This document shows, in pieces, positions 28,076 through 36,374 of a stretch of 38,997 bases of DNA (its first letter is position 1; each line of letters opens with the position of its first letter). The notes beneath the pieces are model-generated. The model was not told the DNA's origin and searched no databases. It saw nothing but the letters and a program-made list of their open reading frames with translations. Origin of the DNA: Acidobacteriota bacterium (lineage in GTDB: Bacteria > Acidobacteriota > Terriglobia > UBA7540). The translations under genes and the position numbers were made by a program. The DNA is taken from positions 1-38,997 of the forward strand of contig JAJYHU010000078.1 in assembly GCA_021784615.1 (NCBI GenBank), read 5' to 3'.

Positions 28076-28445
28076 TAGGGGGATTCTCCTTGTAGAATTG
28101 AACTAGTCCATCTACATTCGACACGGCCCGCACTACTGCGCGACAACCGCCCAAGTCTTGCATCGTCGAAAGTTGCATGGTATGGAAGCGTTGCAACTTT
28201 GTAATGACGGATGGAAGCCTCTTCAGTCTTTGTGCCACCAGAGCCCGTGGATCGAACTTTTTAGCTCGGTTGCGCAGTACAGTCTTGAAGACATGCAACG
28301 GATACCCATGAGACGATCTCCAATTACCGGCGATGCTCAAGGCGCTATCCATATCGAGGTCAGGGGTTGGATCTCTCCGTCCAGAAATGACTTTCCCCGC
28401 AGCCGTCACTCGTGCGGGACCTTTCAGCGGCTTCGTCCAAGGCAT
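28076..28445 (-). pseudogene. RelA/SpoT-domain (small alarmone synthetase / toxSAS-like) gene remnant, N-terminal half only, abutting the IS
   Basis: WRSSHGYPLHVFKTVLRNRAKKFDPRALVAQRLKRLPSVITKLQRFHTMQLSTMQDLGGCRAVV matches the first half of the RelA_SpoT nucleotidyltransferase domain (RLKRxxSIxxKL...MQDIGGxR). The second half (DYIxxPKxxGYRSxH, EIQxRT, HxWA) is missing. The ORF reads into the IS inverted repeat and stops. Confidence 0.65.
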
Positions 28446-28622
28446 GGAATCAAGATTGCACTCCAGACGCAGGCGTGTCAACGAAATCCCTGGCTCCCGG
28501 AGCGGAGTGGGGACCGGAACAACCTGGTGCCAAAAGGATGGCTGGAGCTTATAAAACGAACACTGATCCTTTTCTTTACTTTCTCCGTTTTCATTCCCCC
28601 CTGGACTCAATCGCCCCAGTTG

Positions 28623-28655
28623 GTAGCCACGGCACAAAAGATGTGCCGTGGCTAC
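28623..28655. repeat. Perfect 13-bp inverted repeat (stem-loop or operator)
   Basis: GTAGCCACGGCAC-aaaagat-GTGCCGTGGCTAC. There is no U-run on either side, so it is not a classical intrinsic terminator. It lies upstream of the RelA/SpoT remnant and about 145 nt before the permease gene. Confidence 0.6.
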
Positions 28656-28798
28656 GTTCCGCGCTCCCGGCAATAATCCCTAATAGCATTCATCGCCACC
28701 ACAAATTTTTCTCTTTTTGAGCTTGCGGAAAAGGGCCTCAACGTCTATGCTGTGTCTCCGTCCGGACTCTTACGACACGTCCAAATTTAGGGGGCAAG

Positions 28799-30136
28799 AT
28801 GGCCACGGAACTTCCAAAGTATCTTCAAGCATCCATTCCCAACCCTCAGAGTAAGCGAGTCTCCTGGTACAAGAGCACTGCGCCTGCCTACGCGGGGATT
28901 TTTCTGTGGGTAGGTTTTTATTTGGGACTTTCCGCGCCCACGCTCAGCCTAGCCTCGCCCGCAGTTTGCCTGGCCGGACTGTTGGTGGGAGGACTTCTCT
29001 GTTTTGTGCTCTATTACTACGCGCCCGCCATGCTGGGGATGCTAACGGGACGGCCGCTTTACATTGTGGGAACTTCCACGTTTGGCGTGAAGGGCGGTTA
29101 CCTGATGCCCGGCCTGCTGATGGGATGCCTGCAAATAGGCTGGTTCGCTGTGGCCACCTACTTTGCCACGGACTACATCATGCAGGGGCTCGATAGCCAC
29201 TCGAAAGGGCTGTTCACCGCCATTGCGCTGGTGTGGGCCTACGGCCTCGCCTGGGTGTCGATCAAGGGAATTTCCTACGTTGCGCGCCTGGCGCAGTTCT
29301 TGAACTGGGTGCCGCTTTTTATGATTGTCTATGTCTTTTGGGCCAACAAGGGTGGGATTGCCGCCTATCATCCTCCGCACAACGACGCCTGGGGCGGCTT
29401 TTTGGCCATGCTCGCCCTGGTGATCGGCTTCTTCGCCACGGCCGGAGCGGCGGGCGCTGACTTTGGCACCAACAACCGGAACCGCCGCGACGTGATCCTG
29501 GGAGGCTTGACGGGAATCACTTTGGCGATTTTGGTGGCGGGAGGATTGCCGGTGCTCTCCGTGGCAGGGCATCTGGGCAAAATCGGTAGCGCGTCGGACT
29601 TTACATACGCCGGGACCATCCGGAGCGTGGGGAGCCTGGCACCGGTGATGTTCTTCCTTTTTGCCATTGCTTCGCTGGTTCCCACAACGTTTTGCACCTT
29701 TATCGCCGGCAACAGCTTTGAAACCATGCTGCCCAAAATCCCGCGCATGGTTTCCACTTTGGTGGGCGTTACCATTGGGGCGCTGCTGGCCGTCACGGGC
29801 GTGGCGCAAAACCTGATCGGCTTTTTTACGATTGTGGGCGCTTCCTTTGGCCCCATTTGCGGCGCCATGGCGGCCGATTACCTGCTGGCGGGGCGCAAGT
29901 GGTCCGGGCCGCGCGCGGGAATCAACTGGGCCGGTTATATCGCCTGGGCGGTGGGCTTTGTGGTGGGCATTCTGAACCAGATTCCCGGAGTGCCTGCAAG
30001 CTGGGTCAGCGCGGACCGTCCTGCGGTGCTTTTTTCCTTTATCGTAGGTTTCGTTGTCTACTTCATCCTTTCAAAAGCCGGCTTGCAGTCGGCCTTGATC
30101 CCTCAGAGCGATTTGCAGCCGGCGGCTGAAGCGTAG
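28799..30136 (+). CDS. NCS1 / purine-cytosine permease-family transporter (CodB-like), substrate unknown
   Basis: 445 aa with about 12 TM helices. Family-like blocks are GRPLYIVGTSTFGVKGGYLMPGLLMGCLQIGWFAV, GAGADFGTNNRNRRD and FGPICGAMAADYLL. Confidence 0.7.
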   Translation: MATELPKYLQASIPNPQSKRVSWYKSTAPAYAGIFLWVGFYLGLSAPTLSLASPAVCLAGLLVGGLLCFVLYYYAPAMLGMLTGRPLYIVGTSTFGVKGGYLMPGLLMGCLQIGWFAVATYFATDYIMQGLDSHSKGLFTAIALVWAYGLAWVSIKGISYVARLAQFLNWVPLFMIVYVFWANKGGIAAYHPPHNDAWGGFLAMLALVIGFFATAGAAGADFGTNNRNRRDVILGGLTGITLAILVAGGLPVLSVAGHLGKIGSASDFTYAGTIRSVGSLAPVMFFLFAIASLVPTTFCTFIAGNSFETMLPKIPRMVSTLVGVTIGALLAVTGVAQNLIGFFTIVGASFGPICGAMAADYLLAGRKWSGPRAGINWAGYIAWAVGFVVGILNQIPGVPASWVSADRPAVLFSFIVGFVVYFILSKAGLQSALIPQSDLQPAAEA

Positions 30137-30376
30137 AATCGCAATTCCCTGAGGCTGGCAAGCTACGACACGGATTCATGTGTCGTGGATTCTTCGTCCT
30201 CGACGGCCCCGGAGTGGAAGCCCGCCCCGAAGCACGGAAAGAACAACGAAAGCTGCTGGCAAGGGCGGCAGGTGGAGTTGTGCGAGGCCAACGGCCAGCA
30301 CCAAGTTGTGCTTCCGGCGAGCAGAATTTGTTTAGAACGGCCATTTTTCAGTAAAATGCTAGAAATGCAAAGCGAT

Positions 30377-31273
30377 ATGAAACCAACTTTGCTCGTCCTG
30401 GCTGCCGGAATCGGCAGCCGCTATGGCGGGCTGAAGCAGATGGATCCGGTCGGGCCGTCCGGTGAAACAATTATGGATTACTCGATTTACGACGCGTTGC
30501 GAGCCGGATTCGGCAAGCTTGTTTTCGTCATCCGCCATGATATCGAACAGCAATTCAGAGCAGCCGTTGGCGCGCGATTCGAAAACCGGGTTCCCGTCAA
30601 ATACGTTTTTCAGGAGTTGGACAACCTGCCGCCGGGGTTTTCCGTTCCCAATAACCGCAAGAAGCCGTGGGGAACCGGGCACGCGATTTTGATGGGGGCT
30701 GACGCGATCCAGGAACCGTTTGGTGTCATCAATGCTGATGATTTCTACGGCCCGACTTCGTTCCGGCTCCTGGCGGACCACTTGCGTTCCGGCTCCCGCG
30801 ATTACGCGATGGTAGGTTTTGTATTGCGCAACACGCTTTCCGAATTCGGCAGTGTGGCGCGCGGCGTGTGCCGGATTACCGCCGCCGGCTATCTCGAAGC
30901 TGTAACCGAGACCACCGGCATCGAAGCGGCCGGTGCCGGCGCGAAATACGCCGATGACCAGGGCCACATTCACCGGCTGGATGGCGATGCCATTGTTTCA
31001 ATGAATCTGTGGGGCTTTGGCCCCTCGCTCTTTGAGCATTTGCGCCGGCAATTCGGCGAATTTTTGAAAGCCCTCGCGCGGAAGGAGAAAGCGGAATTTT
31101 ACATTCCGGCAGTGGTTAATGCACTGGTAGAGACGGGCCGTGAACGGTGCCGGGTGTTAACCACGCCGGACGCCTGGTTTGGCGTGACCCACCGTGAAGA
31201 CCACCCTCGCGTCATCCACAGCATCCGAGCCTTCGTCGCGCGCGGGGATTATCCGGAGAGACTCTGGACGTGA
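30377..31273 (+). CDS. Sugar-1-phosphate nucleotidyltransferase (NTP_transferase fold)
   Basis: MKPTLLVLAAGIGSRYGGLKQMDPVG (the G-rich NTP loop), PWGTGHAIL and VINADDFYG. Alternative starts at 30356 and 30365. The stop overlaps the kinase start (GTGA). Confidence 0.8.
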   Translation: MKPTLLVLAAGIGSRYGGLKQMDPVGPSGETIMDYSIYDALRAGFGKLVFVIRHDIEQQFRAAVGARFENRVPVKYVFQELDNLPPGFSVPNNRKKPWGTGHAILMGADAIQEPFGVINADDFYGPTSFRLLADHLRSGSRDYAMVGFVLRNTLSEFGSVARGVCRITAAGYLEAVTETTGIEAAGAGAKYADDQGHIHRLDGDAIVSMNLWGFGPSLFEHLRRQFGEFLKALARKEKAEFYIPAVVNALVETGRERCRVLTTPDAWFGVTHREDHPRVIHSIRAFVARGDYPERLWT

Positions 31274-32355
31274 ATCTGAGACACAATATCCCGAATGTTG
31301 CTCGCCGATTCCGGATTTATGGCGATTACTTGAGCGCCGAGCTTTACGGCAACGGGCACATCAACGACACGTACTTCGTCACTTTCGATCAGGCGGGAAC
31401 GCTGGTTCGTTACATCCTGCAGCGCATCAATCAAAACATCTTCAAAGATCCGGCCGCGCTCATGGAAAACGTCCGGCGCGTCACGGAGCATCTCGGCAAA
31501 AAGTCGGCGACCGAATCGGGTCCGAGCCGCCGCGTGCTGGCACTTATTCCGACGCTGGAAGACCAGCCGTATTGTCTGGACGGGGAAGGCAATTACTGGC
31601 GGGCTTACCTTTTTGTCGAGAAGGCGCATACGTATGATGCGGTGGAATCGCCTCGCCAGGCCTTTGAGGCGGCAAGGACATTCGGCAGTTTTCAATCGCT
31701 GCTGGCGGATCTTCCTGCGCCGCGTTTGCACGACACGATTCGGGACTTTCACCACACCCCCAAACGATTTGCCGCGCTGGAAGAGGCGATTGCCGCCGAC
31801 ACCGCAAATCGCGCGGGGTTCGCCAAGCCGGAAATCGAATTTGCGCTGCGACACCAAGCCATGACTGGCGCGCTACTGGAGGAGAACCTTCCGGAACGCG
31901 TGACCCACAACGACACCAAATTCAACAACGTCATGCTGGACGACGCGACCGGCGAGGGCGTTTGCGTCATTGACCTCGACACGGTGATGCCGGGGTTGGC
32001 GCTGTACGATTTCGGGGACATGGTGCGGACCACGATGAGTCCGGCGAAGGAGGACGAGCGCGACCTTTCAAAAGTCACGATGCAGCTTCCCATGTTCGAA
32101 GCGCTGGCACGCGGCTATCTCGCGTCGGCTTCCGGGTTTCTGACTCCGCAGGAAAGGCGCTGGCTGGCTTTCTCTGGGAAACTAATCACCTATGAAATTG
32201 GTGTGCGTTTCCTTACGGATTTTCTCGCCGGCGACAAGTATTTCAAAGTGCATCGTGAAAACCATAACCTTGACCGTTGCCGGACGCAATTCAAGCTGGT
32301 GGAATCTATCGAACAGCAGGAAGAGCAAATGAACCGGCTGGTGGAAACGATCTGA
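31270..32355 (+). CDS. nahK: N-acetylhexosamine 1-kinase (NahK/LnpB-type, APH fold)
   Basis: Collinear resemblance to Bifidobacterium longum NahK as I recall it: YGNGHINDTY, YILQRINQNIFKDPAALMENV, RVTHNDTKFNNVMLD, IDLDTVMPG, YDFGDMVR, EDERDLSKV and HNLDRCRTQFKLV. GTG start. Confidence 0.8.
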   Translation: MNLRHNIPNVARRFRIYGDYLSAELYGNGHINDTYFVTFDQAGTLVRYILQRINQNIFKDPAALMENVRRVTEHLGKKSATESGPSRRVLALIPTLEDQPYCLDGEGNYWRAYLFVEKAHTYDAVESPRQAFEAARTFGSFQSLLADLPAPRLHDTIRDFHHTPKRFAALEEAIAADTANRAGFAKPEIEFALRHQAMTGALLEENLPERVTHNDTKFNNVMLDDATGEGVCVIDLDTVMPGLALYDFGDMVRTTMSPAKEDERDLSKVTMQLPMFEALARGYLASASGFLTPQERRWLAFSGKLITYEIGVRFLTDFLAGDKYFKVHRENHNLDRCRTQFKLVESIEQQEEQMNRLVETI

Positions 32356-32477
32356 ACCAAAATTCTGGCGTCGGCGGAGTAGAATTTACCGGCAGCGACG
32401 TCGTCGAGCCTTTCCCGTACCTGCGGGAAGCGTTCATGATAAATTGAAAACTCAGCGCTCGAATTGGGCAGCATCTC

Positions 32478-34499
32478 ATGCGACAAAGCATTTCGAATAA
32501 GCTCTGGATTGCAGCGTGGTTCGTGTTTCTCCCCGCGCTCGCGCAGGCGCAGCCGCAGGTCCGGGCGGTCACGAACAAAACCAGTTATAACGCCGGCACG
32601 GAAGTCTCGATGCGCCTCGCTCCGGTTACTGGCGCGTCGGTACCCTTGGATGTTGTCTTCTCGGCAACGGTCCGCTACGCCGGAGATTCGCGGGTGGTCT
32701 TGACCAGTCCAGCGACCGAGGTCTGGAGCCTTCCGGGCAGCTCCAACCCTGCCTCATATTTTCGGCTTTGGGCGATTCCGTCAAATGCCAGAACCGGCCG
32801 TTACCAGATCGACTTGCTGGGGTACGACAAAATCTCCCGGCAGATCGTGATCAAAGTCCACGATGCGGGCTCCTTTGCCGTGCACCGCAAACTGGTCGAG
32901 ATTGTGGGAATCAAACTTGGAAAGACTTTCTATGTGACGGACGATCCGGTGGATTGCGACATCACCTTGGAAAATCTGACCGGCCACCCGCTCCGCGGCC
33001 TGCGTGTCGAATTCTCAAACCGGTACTGGCCGTGGATCGCCGGACCCGCTCAGCAGGCTGCGGCCAGCGTTGTGACCGTGGCGGATGATTTGTCGCTACC
33101 CGCTTGGGCAAAGCGGGTGATTCATGCTTCGCGCACTGCCGTCGCGCCCGAGGTTGACCGGCCCACCGTGCACCAGTACGGAGTGGTGGTTTGGGATCAC
33201 AGCCGCAAGAACGTGCTGGATATCGCTTTCAGCCATCTCGTTTTTATTCGGCCGCCGGGCGTCGATTCGCCCAGGCCCTATCCCCTGCAATACACCTATC
33301 CGCTGCTCAGCGACGTGAACACCAAGAGCTATCGACACTTCTATCCGCCAGGCGTCAATGCAGGCGCCGTCCGGTTTGACACGAGCCACACTATGTTCAT
33401 TCCGGGATGCGATGCAACGATCAGATTCTCGGTTCAGAATCCGGGCACTGTGCCTTGGAAGCAGGTCTTGATCGTCGCGCGATTGCTCGGTCCCGAAGGG
33501 AAGGAAATTTCCAGGAAGGTTCTCGCTGCGCGTCGAGACTTCGAGCCGGGCAAAGCCCCATTGCCGGAAAGCGTAATGTTTGCTCTGCCCGCTTCGCCGT
33601 CCGGCCTCTATCATGCCGAGGTCACTTTGCGGGATTCGTTGGGAAGTACAGTGGCCGAGGGAACGCTCGGCCTGGGAGTCAACCCGCTGCCCAAATCCAT
33701 TATGATCTTCTGCGCGCATGAGGACGACGAAGGAGGCTGGACGGGATTGATCCGGGCGGCAGTGGAGAACCACATTTCCATCCACTTTGTTTATTTCACC
33801 AGCGGCGACGCTGGCTCCTGCGATCTTTACTATGAGCACTCGTGCAGTCCTGCGGAGGCCATGAACTTTGGCGCGCTGCGGATGGCAGAGACCCGGGCCG
33901 CGCTTGGACATCTGGGAGTGCCGAAGGACGATATCTATTTTCTGGGATTGCCGGACGGAGGTTCGGGAGAGATTTGGTATCACCATGTTGATGCCGGCAA
34001 TCCTTACCTATCTGTCTTGCTGGCTTGTGACCACGCGCCTTATCAAGGCGTCTTCCAGCCCAATCTGCCCTACGCGCGAGAGTCGGTTGTGGCGGCTGTG
34101 AAAGACTTGATTATGGAGTTCCATCCAGAGGTCATTGTGACCGCGCATCCGCCTGCTGAAGGGCATATTGATCATATTGTGAACAACTATTTTGTGGTCC
34201 AGGCGCTCCAGGAGATGGTGAAGGAACGCGCTCTTTCCACCGCCAACCTCAAGCTTTATGTCGACAGGGTCTACAATGCTAAGACTTTGCCGCCCACTCC
34301 CTACCACTATGCGAAGCGCGTTTTGTACGTGTCGGGCGAGGTGATGGCGCTTGGGCAGGAGGCCGGCTGGTTCTATCAGTCGCAAGGAGGCAATCGCGCT
34401 GAGAGAAATATCCGGGATTTTAATCAGCTTCCCAGCAGACTAGAGTACCGGCAGGTGTTAGACTGGAAAGAACACGCAGGATGGAACGAGAAGCCATGA
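32478..34499 (+). CDS. Secreted two-part protein: about 400 aa N-terminal region of unknown function plus a C-terminal PIG-L/LmbE-family N-deacetylase
   Basis: Signal peptide MRQSISNKLWIAAWFVFLPALAQA. The PIG-L motifs are IMIFCAHEDDEGG (AHPDDE variant) and HPPAEGHIDH. Confidence 0.8.
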   Translation: MRQSISNKLWIAAWFVFLPALAQAQPQVRAVTNKTSYNAGTEVSMRLAPVTGASVPLDVVFSATVRYAGDSRVVLTSPATEVWSLPGSSNPASYFRLWAIPSNARTGRYQIDLLGYDKISRQIVIKVHDAGSFAVHRKLVEIVGIKLGKTFYVTDDPVDCDITLENLTGHPLRGLRVEFSNRYWPWIAGPAQQAAASVVTVADDLSLPAWAKRVIHASRTAVAPEVDRPTVHQYGVVVWDHSRKNVLDIAFSHLVFIRPPGVDSPRPYPLQYTYPLLSDVNTKSYRHFYPPGVNAGAVRFDTSHTMFIPGCDATIRFSVQNPGTVPWKQVLIVARLLGPEGKEISRKVLAARRDFEPGKAPLPESVMFALPASPSGLYHAEVTLRDSLGSTVAEGTLGLGVNPLPKSIMIFCAHEDDEGGWTGLIRAAVENHISIHFVYFTSGDAGSCDLYYEHSCSPAEAMNFGALRMAETRAALGHLGVPKDDIYFLGLPDGGSGEIWYHHVDAGNPYLSVLLACDHAPYQGVFQPNLPYARESVVAAVKDLIMEFHPEVIVTAHPPAEGHIDHIVNNYFVVQALQEMVKERALSTANLKLYVDRVYNAKTLPPTPYHYAKRVLYVSGEVMALGQEAGWFYQSQGGNRAERNIRDFNQLPSRLEYRQVLDWKEHAGWNEKP

Positions 34500-35122
34500 A
34501 GGCAGGTATGGACAACTCGGAGGAAGAAGAGCTATCCATGGTGGGATCCCCCAACCCAGCGGAAACGCCACCAGATGTGGGTTTCCCGAATGAGCCTTTT
34601 GCGTGTCCGCATTGCGGCCAGCTGCTTGCGCCTTCCGTCCGGATATGCGCTTCCTGCAAGCAGCCGATCGATCCGAGCCAAATCGCACGGCCGGTTATTT
34701 CGATCCCGATTGCCGAGCAAATAATTGCTCTGCCCCAGAAAGAGCAGGCGCGTTTTTCGTGGAGCATTTTTTTGGGAGTGTTGTGCACTTGGTTTCTTGT
34801 GGCGGTGGCTTTTCAGCGTCTCTTGGGTTACGGGAAGAGCCAGTTTGCGCTGGGCGGCGTGGTGATTATTTCTTCCGCATGGATTCTGTACGATGCCCAT
34901 AAAAAAGGCATTCCTAAGGGGCTGAGATGGAGTTTGGGTTCGCTGTTCCTTTGGATTCTCATTTTTCCGTGGTACCTGGCTCGCCGGCGAACCCCGGAAG
35001 CTTCCTGTCCTTTTATCGAGGGAGAGTCGGGCCGGACGGCGCGGACCCTGCTGTTCATCCTTTTCGTTATCTTCTTAGTAGGGGCTGTGATGATGGTGAT
35101 CAAAGGCCCGGTACACCATTAG
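34496..35122 (+). CDS. Zinc-ribbon membrane protein, function unknown
   Basis: CPHCGQLLAPSVRICASCKQPI (CxxC-x10-CxxC) followed by about 4 predicted TM helices. The ATG at 34496 overlaps the upstream stop (ATGA); the ORF-track start is 34481. Confidence 0.55.
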   Translation: MKAGMDNSEEEELSMVGSPNPAETPPDVGFPNEPFACPHCGQLLAPSVRICASCKQPIDPSQIARPVISIPIAEQIIALPQKEQARFSWSIFLGVLCTWFLVAVAFQRLLGYGKSQFALGGVVIISSAWILYDAHKKGIPKGLRWSLGSLFLWILIFPWYLARRRTPEASCPFIEGESGRTARTLLFILFVIFLVGAVMMVIKGPVHH

Positions 35123-35141
35123 CCGCACTGCCCGATCTTTT

Positions 35142-36374
35142 TCAGTCCTGACTGCGTGTTGAACAACCAGCCAGAGCCCCGTCCGAGGCTTTGCAGACGT
35201 AGATGTCGGCGTCCAATCCCAAAGCCTTGCGATACCCTTCCTTGACTGCTTTCGCAAAGGATTCCGCCGCCTCGGCTCTAACCAGGTTCACCGTGCATCC
35301 GCCAAAGCCCGCCCCGGTCATCCGCGCTCCCAAAACGCCGGGCTGCCCTTGGGCTAGGGCCACCAGAATATCCAGCTCCTTGGAGCTAACTTCATAATCA
35401 TCCCGCAGGCTCGCGTGGGAAGCATTCATGAGTTCGCCGAACTGCTCAAGGCACCCTTTCTCCAGAACCTTGACGGCTTCGAGCACGCGGTGGTTTTCAC
35501 TGATCACATGCCGGGTACGCTTCAACAACACTTCCCTCAAGACGGGGCTTGCGACCTCCAGGTCCGCCAGGTTGACCTCACGCAGCGAATTCACCGCCAT
35601 GCCGGTGGTTCTCAATTGCGCCACGGCTTGCCGGCACTGCTTCAGCCGGATTTCATATTCCGAGGCGGCGAGCGCCCGCCGGACGCCGGAATTGCAGACA
35701 ATGATCTTGACGTTCTCGTGGAGCGGAACGTGGCGATACGTGAGATCCCGGCAATCAAGAAAGAGCGCGTGATCCTGCTTGCCGAGAGCCGAAATGAACT
35801 GGTCCATAATGCCGCAGGGAACATTGACAAATTCATTTTCCGCTTTTCGGGCGAGTCTCACGACTTCAAGCGGCGCAAGGTTCAGGTCAAAGAGTTTCAT
35901 CGAAAGCACAACCGCCCCGACTTCCACGGCCGCTGATGAACTGAGACCGGCCTCGCGCGGCACGTTTCCTCCAAAAACCACGTCTGCGCCTTTGAGGGAA
36001 TAGCCCTCGGTTTCGAGAAACTTGAAAACCCCGCGGACGTAGTTGCTCCAGGGATGACCGGCGTCTTCTTGAATGCAGTCGAGGCTGAATTCAACTTGAT
36101 CCTGAAAATCAACTGAGTGGAGGTGTACCCGGCAATCCTTGCGAGAGCGAGCGGCGAACTCAATGATGCGGTCGATCGCTACCGGCAGCACGAAGCCGTC
36201 GTTGTAATCGGTGTGCTCGCCGATCAGGTTCACCCTTCCTGGAGCTTGGACCACCCATTCAGGAGCGCTGCCGAAAATTTCTACAAAGGCTTCTTTGACC
36301 ACGCTTTTTCTCCCGGTCGCGAGAGGATCAAGCAACTTCGCGGCGCGTCCTGGGCGACGTCGCGGCAAGTTCAC
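35142..36374 (-). CDS. galK: Galactokinase
   Basis: APGRVNLIGEHTDYNDGFVLPVAI (galactokinase signature) and the GHMP motif GGNVPREAGLSSSAA. The ATG at 36374 overlaps galT by 47 nt; an alternative GTG start is at 36302. Confidence 0.9.
   Translation of the reverse strand: MNLPRRRPGRAAKLLDPLATGRKSVVKEAFVEIFGSAPEWVVQAPGRVNLIGEHTDYNDGFVLPVAIDRIIEFAARSRKDCRVHLHSVDFQDQVEFSLDCIQEDAGHPWSNYVRGVFKFLETEGYSLKGADVVFGGNVPREAGLSSSAAVEVGAVVLSMKLFDLNLAPLEVVRLARKAENEFVNVPCGIMDQFISALGKQDHALFLDCRDLTYRHVPLHENVKIIVCNSGVRRALAASEYEIRLKQCRQAVAQLRTTGMAVNSLREVNLADLEVASPVLREVLLKRTRHVISENHRVLEAVKVLEKGCLEQFGELMNASHASLRDDYEVSSKELDILVALAQGQPGVLGARMTGAGFGGCTVNLVRAEAAESFAKAVKEGYRKALGLDADIYVCKASDGALAGCSTRSQD

Noticed and set aside
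28674-28798. TPP (THI-box) or purine riboswitch upstream of the NCS1 permease
   Set aside because: NCS1/CytX-type transporters are often riboswitch-controlled. Here, however, there is no CUGAGA...ACCUGAUCUGGAUAAUGCCAGCG-like core or purine-riboswitch junction, and the leader is only about 125 nt.
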